The notes: generated from the sequence alone by a model not told the origin. 63,936 nt of DNA, filler included, from Craspedostauros australis (GCA_030167865.1; 9 parts of 9 records of this genome joined end to end with filler, not necessarily neighbours in it); one strand, 5' to 3'; counted from the first letter of the whole stretch, positions 24,837 through 37,570 are shown. Numbers and translations: made by a program.

Positions 24837-26512
24837 ATGCCGAATGTTACGAACCAACAACTCCTTGATACTGCTGAGGCAGGTGACTTGTCGGTGTTGA
24901 AGGAGTGGAAGAAGCAGAACGAGACGCAGAATGAAGGAGTTGATGTCAACATGGTTACAGGCAGGAGAGGTCGGACTCCCCTTCATCATGCATGCTTCAA
25001 CGGCCACCTGGAGTGTGTGAAGTACCTCATCGAATCATGTGGGGCGAACATCAACTGCGAAGACAACAATTGTATCACTCCCCTTCATTTGGCATGCTTG
25101 TATGGCCACCTGGGGTGTGTGAAGTACCTCATTGAATCATGTGAGGCAAACATCAACTGCAAAACCAATGATGGTTCCACTCCCCTTCATGTGGCATGCC
25201 TCAACGGCCACCTGGAGTGTGTCAAGTACCTCACCGAATCAGGTGGAGCGAACGTCAACTGCCAAAACAACTATGGTCACACTCCCCTTCATTTGGCATG
25301 TCACAACGGCCACCTGGAGTGTGTGAAGTACCTCATTGAATCATGTGAGGCTGACATCAACTGCAAAGACAACGATGGTCTCACTCCCCTTCATTGGGCA
25401 TGTTACGAAAGCAAGCTGGAGTGTATCGAGTATCTCATCGAATCAGGTGGGGCAGACATCAACTGTCAAAACAACCACGGTTCCACACCCCTTTTTCACG
25501 CATGCGAACATGGCAAGCTGGAGTGTATCGAGTCCCTCATTAGAGGACTTTCGCCTTCAGTTCACCCACAACTGCAACAACGCTGGCAACAAAACGAGCA
25601 AGAGGATGAACACAAACACAATAACCACAAGAGGACCAACGTCAGCATTGGAGAAGACCGCCTCAGATCTTTCTAAACTGGGAACAGGACAGACAACATC
25701 TTCTTGTGTGGACAGGGCGACCAACAACAACCAATCAAGGCAAACTCTGGAGTCCTCATGATCGCTGCCCCATCCATTGAGACACTGATCGACAAAGGAA
25801 TCCGACATCAGCACGCGAATGATGACACCGAAGACGGCGCGGCTCCATCCAAACAACCATCCCTCTTCCCCACCTCCAACCAAGGCACGTCCGATACGTC
25901 CTCCAATGCATCTACACAGGCAAGATATCCTTGAATGACAGCACTCGTGACAACGCCGCCACTCACATCGGTGCTCACGCCAACGCTCACCACGATGTAG
26001 ATGCCTCTCACCAGCCAACTCCCACCCTCACTGGACAGGACGATCTGCAACAGCTGATCCTTGTGGCCAACAAGTTCGGCTTCTGGCGACTCAAGCTTGT
26101 TCTTGAAGCAGAGTTGGCCCGCAAGCATCTCACAGAGGACACCACGATAGATGCGTTGATATTCGCCGATCAACACAACTGCTTGGTGTTGAAGGATATG
26201 GCGATGAGAATGGCAGCTGAAAATGAGAAGGATACGTTCACTCATCTAGATTTAAGCAAACTAATTCTACAACCTCAACTGATAGAAGACATCGATGTCC
26301 TCCGCAGTGGGGGAGCAGAGAGTGATGGTATTGATGATGAGTACAGCTGTATGTCCATGATGGAGTTATACAAGGTTACGGATCAGGATGAGAGTACAGC
26401 ACAAGTGAATTCGTACATGGATCGGGTGACATTGGTGGACTTCGTCCGTTCCATGAGAACCAAATCATCCAAAGTGATTGAGGTGGACGGCGCTGCTGAA
26501 GAAGAGGGTTGA
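24837..26512 (+). pseudogene. Ankyrin-repeat + BTB/POZ(-BACK) gene disrupted by a nonsense codon and a frameshift
   Basis: Six ankyrin repeats, then TAA at 25674-25676. The same frame continues TDNIFLCGQGDQQQPIKANSGVLMIAAP (BTB start). After a frameshift within 25826-25853 it reads IPLPHLQPRHVRYVLQCIYTG...LILVANKFGFWRLKL...ALIFADQHNCLVLKD to TGA at 26512. Confidence 0.75.
24969..25545 (+). repeat. Tandem 102-nt ankyrin-coding repeat, 6 units
   Basis: Units start at 24969, 25071, 25173, 25275, 25377 and 25479, with near-identical DNA scaffold (ACTCCCCTTCAT..GCATG..GGAGTGT..GAATCA). Confidence 0.92.
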
Positions 26513-28081
26513 ATTGCCAGACCAGACCATGCCATACCAGAAGTTATCAAGAATTGGACGCATGACGGAATTGAGTTGATGGATAAAAATAGTCATCAGA
26601 ATAGTCATTAGGATAGAATCTGTGTGAAAGGAGCTGGAGCAACTTGAGATCCAATCATTGAATGGTGCGTCCGGCATGCCTTCACCGTCGCCTTTGGTGA
26701 TCCATGCGGCATGCTGCTCCATGCAGTCCCGTATCGTTCGCAGCACGGTCTGGCTAATCCGCGAGATACGCATGGTCTTCTGTGCATGAATTGCAGATGA
26801 TCCCGGTTGGTGTAAGGCACGTTGGTGTGCAACATCAGTGGCCAATGCGACATGAAGACGATGGTTCAGCCACCGCTGTTGTCATGGTGATCGTCGTTGC
26901 CGATCATATGGTTTCCACGTTCGCTCGTTTCGTGGGTGTGGAAGGAGTTGTGTGAGAAACGATGGTGGACCCCGCGGGCATCATGCTTGGCTTGTTGGAA
27001 TCGAATCCAACTTGACGAGGTGGAGCGTATTGCGACTGTCAGCTTGTTGTTGTTATTGGTGGTGTTGGTGGTGCAGTTCGTGCATGATATCACGCAGGGC
27101 ACAAGCGTATGCCAGCAGCTGCATGGTTTTCGATAGGTATGGCCGACAAAGATGACGAGCAATGGGAGAAGTTTCCGACGTCCTTGCACACGATTTCAAT
27201 AATGGTGGATCCAAGGAGACAGTGCCTCTGTCTCATCATTTGCGGTTTGTGGCAGAGATGCATCGCTTCGAGCATCGGTATGAACAGGCGTGGCTGGTTG
27301 TGGTGCGTGTTGTGGAGACTGAGGAACATCTCCAAACTGATGGCTCTGTTGGTCTCGGGAAAAGTCGCTGCGCTTGATCTCACGGATGCATCCGTCCAAC
27401 ATGTGCTGAATCTCCGTGTCCGACAGTGCATTGGACGTTTATGTAGGTGGGCGCGGCCACTGATGACTTGAATCCAGACCGCATCACGGGCCATGCCATG
27501 TCTTGCCATTGCTGTTGGGTTCTGTTGTTGGCGCTGCCATTGCCCATGTCCCAAGATATTCTCTACTCCGGAGCAATTGGTTTGATGTCTTCCTTTCTGG
27601 TGTCGCTGAGCGATGCGACAAGTTTGAGATCGCTGTTCGTCACTGCTTGCCATTCATCATCATCGGCATTTGCATCACCGGCATCATCATCGTCTCTTGC
27701 CATGGTCGCCTTCGTTGATTCTGGTTGGCGTGCCATAGTTTGCGCAGCCGCTACTTGCTTGATTACTTCATTGCTTCGCTGCTTTGTTGCTTGAAGGAGA
27801 ATGTCTCAGTTTTGGCTGATACCTCCATCAATGTAAACATAGTCATGCCATTTCATCTTTCTTGCTCTCTCTCTCTCTCTCTTGTTGTGTTGATGCCGTT
27901 TCATGGATCATGGGTGCAAAATCGAAGATTCGTTGGTTTGGGTGGTGTCAAGAATTGTTGGCGCGTTTGGTGAGTACTCGTCTGTCTGCCATCCGTTGTT
28001 CATTCAACCAATGACACACACAAACACTCACAACGAACATCATCTCTGTGTTGTCTTCATTCGACGCAACTCTGTTCGACG

Positions 28082-30593
28082 ATGGCGATGGCGATGGCGA
28101 CTCCTCCAATGAAGCCGCATCCCTTCACATCGGTACCACCAACACCAACACCAACAATCAGACAAGATGATGAGACATCGACATCCAAGAGGAACTGTGG
28201 GAAGGCTCACCAGTTGCTCCGTACCTTGACCCACCCGTCGTACGACTATGAGTATGGAACCTTCCATGAGTATGATCTACTCTGGGAGTTGCCACAGCAA
28301 AGCGTCCAGCCTGATAGGTACTCTGTTCGAACCTTTGTGCGGTCATGAGGTCATGACGATCGAAGTTGCTGGAAGAGGACGGTGTCAGACTGATAGCAGA
28401 GAAGCAAACGGAGATCAAGCAACCGCAACAGGCCGACACGAAATCGAAGGCGAGCAAGCCCACCAGCGTCGCCCAAGAGGCCAAAGCAGCTGCAAAATCA
28501 GGTCGTCGTGCCAGTGTCAGCACAGATACACCAAGCAGCGCCAATAGAAGTGCAGCAAAAGATGCGACAGCTTCAGATGTGAAACCATCATGTGCGACGA
28601 GTCTTGACATGCAAGCTCATGAGATGCCATTCAGCTCCCTTGATCCCAGCAAGTTCATCAACAACGAACCGATGCCTGTGCCAAACACCCCAGATGGACT
28701 CAGCTTCGCCACAGCCCCAGCACTCAGCGCAACCTGCGAACGGAGCAGTCAAGACAAGACGAAGCTTGCCCAGAGTCGGAGACGCAGGCCAAGGACACAA
28801 ACGAATTCCAACGGAACGACCAGCAGCGCCAAATCGAGGAGCAAGAGTTTGGAATCCTTGGAATTTTCGAAGGACGGACACAACATGCCAGGCACAACAT
28901 ACACACCAGGCGCATTGAGCGCAGCCAGCACCCCGGCTGTATCTCGAGTTGCGACAACGAAAAAGTCTCGCAGCAAGAGCCTGGAGTCAATGTCCAATCT
29001 GCAAAGTCTCTACGACGACGACGACGACGATGGCAGCGTCGACGTTGCGACAAGTGCTGCCGTAACGAACGGTGGGAGAAGCTCTGCGGCCCCCGTCACG
29101 CCTGGAGGTCGGAGCGCGGCATCTACACCAGCCCCCTTCAGCCGCACACATGAAGAGAGACAGCCGTTTTCGTCGTTGAACAAGCGCAGGTCAACGTTGG
29201 AAAGTATCCTCAAGGCCAAATGATCATCATTACGTGAAGTGTCGTCGACCAATTCTGCCAAATCGAAGCAACGACCATCTCTCGAATCCCGACCATCGCA
29301 ATTGGCCGATCTTGCATTGACCAAAGCATCCGCAAAGGCGCCATCATCGCCATCATCATCGCCGTCGCCACCGTCATCATCATCATCACAGTCCAAATCC
29401 AAACTCAATCTTCAACAGTTCGAACGCAACCACGAACATGGAGGTGTCTCGGCCACAACCCCAAGCCCCATCCAGTCCTGGAGCCTTGAGTTTGGGAATC
29501 GAATTGCAATCGAGCAAGAAGGAACGAGGGGCTCCTTCTCACAACAGATCTGCATGCAGTTCGTTGCGCCCAAGTGAAGACTCAAAGCAACGACGTTCAT
29601 GCGGACAAAGCACGGGTGCTCTGTGCGAGGCGATCAAGGAAAGGATCTCCAAGGTGCTTGGCAATGGGCCCCGACGTCACCACACCAGCAAAACAAGAGA
29701 CGTGTCATCACCATTGATATTACCATCGATATCACCGTCGCCACGGCATCGGCGGAGAAGCGCACTGCACACCAGTGGCAAGCCGCACGCGACATCATCA
29801 AGATCAAAGAGTGTGGAACATTCGCCATCATTGCGTCATCGTCGTGACGGAGAAATTCACACTTCCTCCTCTGGAAGAAGCCGCGGCTCGCCATCGGCGT
29901 GGAGTCGTCGAAGCCCGTCCGATCGTGGCCGCAGAAGAACTGCGCAAGTATCGAAGGACTCATCGCCATCATCACGGCCACAACGAACATCCGGCAGTTC
30001 GGATGATGTGAACGCAGCCTCACGTTCACGCGAAACCAACTCAAATGCGCACTCCCCTGGTACTGGTTTGCAACGGCGCAAGGGCTCATCTTCCCAAAAG
30101 CATGCCCGAGGAAGTTCGCGAAGACCAAATCAATGTGGCCGTAGCCAATCGACACCACGTGGCGAAGATCGGCAAAGATCAGCGAAGGAAGTCCTCCGAT
30201 GAACGATCACCATCGGCGCGACAACTCAACAGATCAAGAGGATATCGAAATTACAGCGTCGAACGGCACAGCAATGAGCGAAATGAAGATGGACGGCATG
30301 GCAAGGAGCGACATGGCCAACAACATGGCAACAAACGTTCGTCATCATGCGGGGCCCTTCAATCAAATCGCCGTGGACGAAGCAGATCGTCAACTCGCGA
30401 TGCTGTCTACCACGAGAAGCTGTCTGGCACAAAGCCGCTGCAACTCACACCAAAGAAAGCAGTCAGGAGCAAGAGCGCGTCTCAGTACAACGATCACTCG
30501 ATGAATGGCACCAAACTCCCACCCGTGAGGCATCACGATACGATGAGAGTAAATGAGATGGAGGGCCGCTCCGTACTCGTATCATACTCATAG
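28082..30593 (+). pseudogene. Ser/Arg/Lys-rich low-complexity protein gene, fragmented
   Basis: Consecutive ORFs 28082, 28366, 29239, 29438 and 30045 share the same composition. 8-nt duplication GGTCATGA at 28341-28356, in-frame TGA at 29221, and later frame changes. Confidence 0.5.
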
Positions 30594-31152
30594 AGGTGTG
30601 GTAGATCCACATCCCTGTAATGCAATACACCTACAAATACACTGTGATGTTCTATGATATATGACCCTGTTGCAGATAAACCACATATGCCCCATCGAGA
30701 GACCTCGTCAGGAGCTCGAGGTTTGTTGTCTCTAAACAAAATATAAACCACATAGACGTCTTCATAATCTTCTAAAACCTATACCTGGAGACTTTGAGCT
30801 TCATAGAAGATGTGGTTCAAGAGATATGATATAACTTATTTTGATGCCCCTAGCCTTCCCCTCTCGCAGTTTTCCGCGTTGTGTGCTTGGTTCGTGTTTC
30901 GCATTCACGGGGATTTTGACGGGTGGGTGTCCAGACTTCGGTTTTTCCACCTTCCTCTCTCAATAATCACACATCACATTTTGTGCGCGGATGTTGTGCG
31001 TTGTAAACATGCACTGCTGGTGGCGGATTGGAGCCCCTCAGCGTTTGCTTCTTCCTTGCCTCTAGCCATTCTCCCAATCCTCAACCAACCACGACGCACT
31101 CCCTGTTGTACACAGCCTCCTTTAACCCTCGCCCTCCTAGTAGTATCGCATC

Positions 31153-31615
31153 ATGTCGCCTCTCTCTCGTTCGCCCCGTCGTTCCGTCCATGATTCTTCC
31201 CATGGTTCCACTTGTCTCCGATCGGTGAAAGGTGCTCGGCTGTTTCCGTTGGTACAGGATGGCGTTGACAACATCATCCCTGATTGTAGTGATGACATGA
31301 ATACAGACAACATTGTGCTCCTGGATTGGGACAATGGCAACGACGGCGACGATCGTGACTGTTGCGATTACGATGGGGATTATCATCCTGATGATATCCC
31401 TGTGCTGTGCGTGATACAACGAGGAAGTATGGCGGAAACGCTGAGTCCTCCCAAACCATCAAGCACGCAGATCCTGCGAAGTAACAGGCTGTGGATGACT
31501 TTGTTTTTCATTTCTGTTAAGCTGAAGCTCTGTCGTTTCTTCCATATGCTGGGGTTGCATACCAGCATCCTGAACGCATTCCGAAATGGCGGCAACAAAA
31601 GCATTCCTGCACCTG
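31153..31615 (+). CDS. Hypothetical protein, 5' part open into the contig end
   Basis: ATG-initiated frame with an acidic stretch, open to the gap. No recognisable domain. Confidence 0.3.
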
Positions 31616-34600
31616 NNNNNNNNNNNNNNNNNNNNNNNNNNNNNNNNNNNNNNNNNNNNTTAATTAATTAANNNNNNNNNNNNNNNNNNNNNNNNNNNNN
31701 NNNNNNNNNNNNNNNATAAATATACAAAATAACCGTGTCTCCCATATTGGAGCTGGACCTCAACAACTAGCGTTATCGTGGTGCATTTTCTCCCATCCGC
31801 TGGCCGGCGCGAAGTGCCAATCGGCAATGACAATTTCCAAAAAGCGCGCGCCTTGGCATTTTTGAAAAAAGTCCAGAGCATCGAGTCTCATCCATGCATG
31901 CTGCCGACAAGGACCGGACCGACTCAGTTTTGGTACCACCGTTCCGGACAAACTCGTTTGTTGATACCATGGGAAAACTTCCGTAGTATCGGGCGCCACG
32001 TCAGTGGGCGCCCCTAAGTAATCGATTGGCTCACAGCTCTTTTTCGAAACGAGTTTACAGGGGACTTCGGTTACTTCGAAAGGGAGAGAATTACAGTGGA
32101 AATGGAACACACGAAAATGAGCAGAATTTCTGGAGGAAATCTGCAATCGACGATTTCTGAGAGAATCAGGAACATCGTCTGTCCATCCATCAATGGTACC
32201 AAGAGAATCTCAAGGTACTTCCCAACTAAACCTCAGATGACGATATCATCTGACAGGCTACTGCATCACCAATGGAACATGACATCTGGAGAGCAGAAGG
32301 ACGCCTACTGACGTCGACAGGATGTCATTGTGTCACCATGTTGACATCTGTCTCCAAGTCAGAGCAGGAGGCGAAGATCCAATGACCGAAGAGGATCAGC
32401 ATCATGGATACTGAAGGTGAACTTCAAATGGTAAGTACTCATGGAGTAGGAGCCAGTAGTGAATGAACGGAGTGTCGAATGCGGAGTACGCATCGAACAT
32501 GGAGTATCATGCAGTACAAGTACACGATGCTGAGACAGAGAGAGAGAATACAGAGAGGAGCGAGAGAGCATCTCGCGTACCGACTCATAGTCGGAGACTG
32601 AATCTACGAAACAGATTGAAGCACCGAGAGCATCGGGCAAGAGAACGGGCATACACTGAGAGGATCGGAGTAGCCAACTAATGAAATAGCAAACAGACGA
32701 CTATCAACCAACACCATCTTCCACGATCGTAGGCTTCCAATCACAGAACTTGCCAACATCTACGTTCTCGGTGCGGTATCCTTCACACCCATCTACGATT
32801 ACGTTCCAACATATCAGAATCAAAGTTGCAACCTGGACCGACTTCAAAAGAAAATCGTGTGACGTCGGGGAGTATGTCAGGAATCGGGTGTTGTGAAACA
32901 CCGAATTGCCGCTCCTCCCAATAATGTGGAGTTGAGCACTATGGAATGCTCCATTACCGCACCTCCCAATAAGTCAAGAGTCAGGAGTCGAATGTCATGA
33001 AATGCTACATTACCGCAACTCCCATCTTTGACCATTGTGACACAGAAAATGTGAGCTGCACGTGTTTTGTGAAGGAGAACGACACGTGCCGAATGCGAAC
33101 CGGACTATGGTGTCCGTGACCTCAATGCAGGAATGCCAATCACACGTGTATGTCGCATGGGGCAGGGATGTTGGAATCGTGACCAACATCACGATACACG
33201 CGACTACAGCCCCCATGTCGCAACCAATGAAAAAGAGTACTGGAGGAAGGCCAATGTCACGAAGTGTGAGACGGCCTGTGAACGAACCAGTGATGACGAA
33301 CTTCCAAGAAGCCGGTGAAGCGATCGGCGAAGAAACCAGCAGAAACGACAGGAGAAGCATCGGAGAAGATCGGAGATGATCGGAGATGTTTGATGGTCGA
33401 GGAGCTGAATGAGCTCCCAACCAAGGTGCTCCTGCGACGAATGGGCAATCGTGATCTGATCGAATGAACCGATCTGTGTGATGCCTACGACTCGGTGATG
33501 TCTATGCTAACGAAGCTATTGGTAGAGGGCAGGAGATGGAATATCTGAGATGCATGATGAGATGCATGATGAGATGAACCAATACTGCAAGATGAGATGT
33601 ACNTGGAGTACATGCTGCATGACATGATGAAACAGGAGGACAGCACTGCATGAGCAAGGGCAAGACTGTGTGCTACTGTGGATTATGTATGCTTTGGCAA
33701 ATGGAATTGAAAGTGATGAAGATGTTGTACTCACAGTTCCAACAATGCAATAACATGAATAGGTAACCAGAGACTACTACTAGAGACTGGGGTACCCCGG
33801 ATTTCCAACAGGAGTACAAAAGGAACGTAGGCTGAAAGGAAATTTGTTTGTTTGTGAAAGTACTGGTTGTAATGTAAAGGCTTTGCAATTTTATGATTAT
33901 TGATGGATCGTCTGAATGAATGGGAGCAGAATGAACAGCGTGAATGGCAATGCTGTACACATTTTCACCACGCAAACCCACATGACTTCAGGATATTCAG
34001 ATGATCAATTGTGCCTGTTTTGCCACGTTGTTTCATGCAAGGCATTGCCCACAGGTGTGTTCTTCCATGCTTGTCCACTCATACCAAGACCAGAGGTCTT
34101 GGGAGATCTTTGTTTGATGTTGCCGGCATGCAATTGGTCTTGGATGAGAAACGTGATGTTAGCACAGGCCAATGTTGGAATCCTGTGGCATGCATCAGTT
34201 TTTATGGCTTGACAGTAGCATGTTGTATACATACAGAAGGTGTATCTTGGCCTACCTGCATGGAGGTCAAAGATCACATTGGGCAGTCTTGGTTTAATTC
34301 CCACGCTAACACAATTGTGATGTTGATGGTCAGTTTTCGTCCGTGCAAAACAAAAGACTGCACAGAAGGTACCAAGCATGACAATTTGGACCCCTTTGAT
34401 TAAAATCATCAGGGTGTCCCAATATTGTCTGTGGCCATTAACTCAAACTCACCGGAAACACGAGTGAGACTCTCCACGAATCACTTCTTCCGTTGTCTCA
34501 TGCTGACCGCTTTGGTGATGTGGAAAACGAATGACATCGGCAAGGCCAAATCCAAGACTCTATCCAATGTTATCGTTACTATCCGACACAAGGGTACTAT

Positions 34601-34953
34601 ACTTATCAACACAGAGCAAACTTGGCGAGTGCTGGATTCGTCGATTCCCCATGCCATAGTCGTAAGCAAAGTTGAGGCCTTCCTGCGCAAGCGATCTTCG
34701 CGAACATACCATTCCCAGTTCCGCAACTCGTGGGTGTCAAAAGAGCATGCAAAGCCATCCCGCATCCACCATGTTGAAACAGGTCTCAATCCTGTTGCTC
34801 ATGTAGACCGGGTGGGGCTACAATTGGTTCACTAAGTTAGTTGTTCTGTTATCNNNNNNNNNNNNNNNNNNNNNNNNNNNNNNNNNNNNNNNNNNNNTTA
34901 ATTAATTAANNNNNNNNNNNNNNNNNNNNNNNNNNNNNNNNNNNNNNNNNNNN

Positions 34954-35418
34954 TTGATTCCCTCCATGCTGATGACTACTGCACCACTGCCGTGGTCTTA
35001 ACGCGTGTATCCAACCTGCTTCAACTCAAACAATGGAATCCGAGAGCCAGCTCCAACCACAGCCACTGCTTCATGGTCGTCACTGCCACATGCCATGATC
35101 TACACTGCAGTGTATCTACGTATGTGGAGAGCAAGGCGCTGTAATGACTGTATACCCTGTAGCACTGAACCAAGTACATCAGTGCAGGGTCTCGCCAAGT
35201 TGTGTGGCATCGTTTCTTCACCCTACTAACACTACAAGCTAACTCATAATAAACACAGACAAGGATTAGCTACAAAGCACTCATCTACTCATCGTTACAG
35301 TAACAACTCTTCAATCAGTACACCTCTCTTGAACTGCATCACACGGCTATCCCGAAGCTGGCAGATTCAAGAGACATCCTCCACCGATTCGCGCCGACTA
35401 CGCCCGAATCCTAACTGT
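34954..35418 (+). repeat. Left arm of a ~465-bp inverted repeat (partner 37107-37570)
   Basis: Reverse complement of 37107-37570 over its whole length. About 80-85% identity in the segments compared by eye. Truncated by the contig start. Confidence 0.92.
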
Positions 35419-35686
35419 GTAGAACAACCAGGATCGTCACCAAGGTGGCTCCAGCCATGCCCACAGCCGCACATCGTAGATGTCTGACACATGCGCATTA
35501 TATTCCACTCTCCTTCCTTTGTGTTCGCCACAATCATGGCATCTGAATTGTGTGATTGCCCTCCTTCGGTTTGGTGCTCTGACGTTTATGCATGATGAGG
35601 CTTCTCTGACCATCACGCAATCAGTGCACTCGCCGGTTATTGATTGAAAGGCTTTGCACACAAACCGCGTCACCTGACGAGTGGGG

Positions 35687-36064
35687 TTATTCTGTGTCCG
35701 GCCCACAGCACACCATACCCTCTACCGGGATGTTGGTACTGGACGAGTCGTACACAATGGTTCCGATCGGCGGTTGCCCGTTGCTTTCGCAGCGGTAGTT
35801 GCTACGATGGGTTGACCCATCTCCGATGTCGCCGATCAGCACACCTCGGAAGACTTCTGTGCAATCAGATTCTGTCATGCTTGGCCACGGCCACGTGCCT
35901 CCGCCTCCACTACCACCTCCGGAAGATCGTTGATCTGGGTTTCCAGAGGACTTCATGGAGTCATCCTTGTTGCTGTTCTTGTGCACGCCTGTCAGGAAGA
36001 CGGCACACACGGCGATGGCAATCACCAAGATGATCACGCGAAGCCTGCGATTCTCAGTGTTCAT
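35687..36064 (-). CDS. Small N-anchored Cys-rich protein (125 aa) with a GDIGDG..C..EG.VCC domain
   Basis: MNTENRRLR + hydrophobic VIILVIAIAVCAVFL, a Gly/Ser linker, then DCTEVFRGVLIGDIGDGSTHRSNYRCESNGQPPIGTIV...IPVEGMVCC. Confidence 0.7.
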   Translation of the reverse strand: MNTENRRLRVIILVIAIAVCAVFLTGVHKNSNKDDSMKSSGNPDQRSSGGGSGGGGTWPWPSMTESDCTEVFRGVLIGDIGDGSTHRSNYRCESNGQPPIGTIVYDSSSTNIPVEGMVCCGPDTE

Positions 36065-37106
36065 GATGTTGTTGGTACGGTTTCTGTTCTCCTTGCCCTC
36101 GTCAAGTCTCGCGCTGACTGCGTCACGATATCGTGTATTGTGTTGACTTGCTTTGTGATGTGTGGATCTTCTGAGTGGGCGATTGATGCTTGGCAAGATT
36201 GTGAGACGAAATGCGAGGCAACTCAATCTGGGTCGTTCTCCGGAGAGTATTGATGTGTTCTGGTGTGTGGTCGCAAATCCCCCTTGCGCGAGGGTCGAGC
36301 ATTCTGCGCGAGTGTGGCAACGAAACAACGACGATGGCTCGAGATCAAATATCCCACGAACGCGACGGTGTCAGTCGTTTGAAACTCAAGTGAAGGCAGC
36401 GGCCGCGTTGACGACTGACACTTTTCGCGTGATCTCGTTTGCCTTGGATGCTGACGATGGTTCGGAGTGTGAGCGTTGTCGTGCATCTTCTGTACGCCCT
36501 GGCTGTTGCTGCTCTCTCTTGTCTGTTCTTGGAGATTGCTGCGCTTTCGCCAAGATACGCACGAGTGCGCGCACAGCCAATAATCCACGATTGATGACCT
36601 TAACCCAGAAACGACGTATCTTCCCACAACATGCAAGATTGAACAGCTCAAATCAACACGCAAGCAGGGATGCATATGAAACGGTTAAAACGGGGTTACC
36701 ATGCGAACACGGACGACGCCCAACCATGAGAGACTTGAGCACTCTGTGACGATCCTACATGACCCTATAACCCTTATAATCTATATTTATGGGGTTTACC
36801 ACCCTCAATACCAATGCATGCGTGTGTCAACTTGAATGCACCACTCTCTCAATCTCTCTGCCATCGCCAAGACCAACCTTGTGTTTCACCCGGGACACCC
36901 AGCAATACCCTTACCGTCCGGTACTTGGATTAGTCATGGATAAAAGCAACGGACAGACCGCTCACAGAACCCAATGACATTTCGAATCGAGTCACACGAT
37001 GCCCGTCTCTGTCTTCGGACAAGCATTTGAATTTGATTGGACGTTACATTAGTGTTACACATCTCAGTCTATTTCTGTTGGTGCAGATGGTGCAGAACAA
37101 AGGCAG

Positions 37107-37570
37107 ACAGCTAGGATTCGGGCACAGTCGACGTGAATCGGTGGAAGATGTCTCTTGGATCTGCCGGCTTTGGGATAGCCATGTGATGCAGTTCAAGAGA
37201 GGTGTACTGGATTGAAGACGTGTTACTGTAAGGATGAGTAGAAGAGTGCTTTGTAGCTAATCCTTGTCTGTTTATTCTGAGTTAGCTTGTGGTGTTAGTA
37301 GGATGAAGAAACGATGTCACACAGCTTGATAGGACCCTGCACTGATGTACTTGGTTCAGTGCTTGAGGGCAGGCAATTGTTGCAGTTCCTTGCTCTCCTC
37401 ACATGTAGACACACTGCAGTGTAGGTCATGACACTCAATGGAGGTGGTCGTGAAGCAATGGCTGTGGCTGGAGTTCACTCTCGGATTCCATTGCTTGAGT
37501 TGAAGCAAATTGGATATACGTGTCAGGACTGCAGCAGTAGTGCAGTAGTCATTGGCATGGAGGGAATCGA
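37107..37570 (-). repeat. Right arm of the ~465-bp inverted repeat
   Basis: For example GGATTCGGGC, GATGCAGTTCAAGAGAGGTGTACT and CCCTGCACTGATGTACTTGGTTCAGTGCT are reverse complements of left-arm segments. Confidence 0.92.

Noticed and set aside
32893..33024. CRISPR-like array
   Set aside because: Only three degenerate copies with uneven spacing, no cas genes, eukaryotic context.
33500..34850. Retrotransposon pol relic
   Set aside because: It looks decayed and CpG-poor, but I found no RT, RNase H or integrase motif in any frame.
36595..36800. TAACCC-like hexamers as an interstitial telomere
   Set aside because: Isolated, non-tandem copies.
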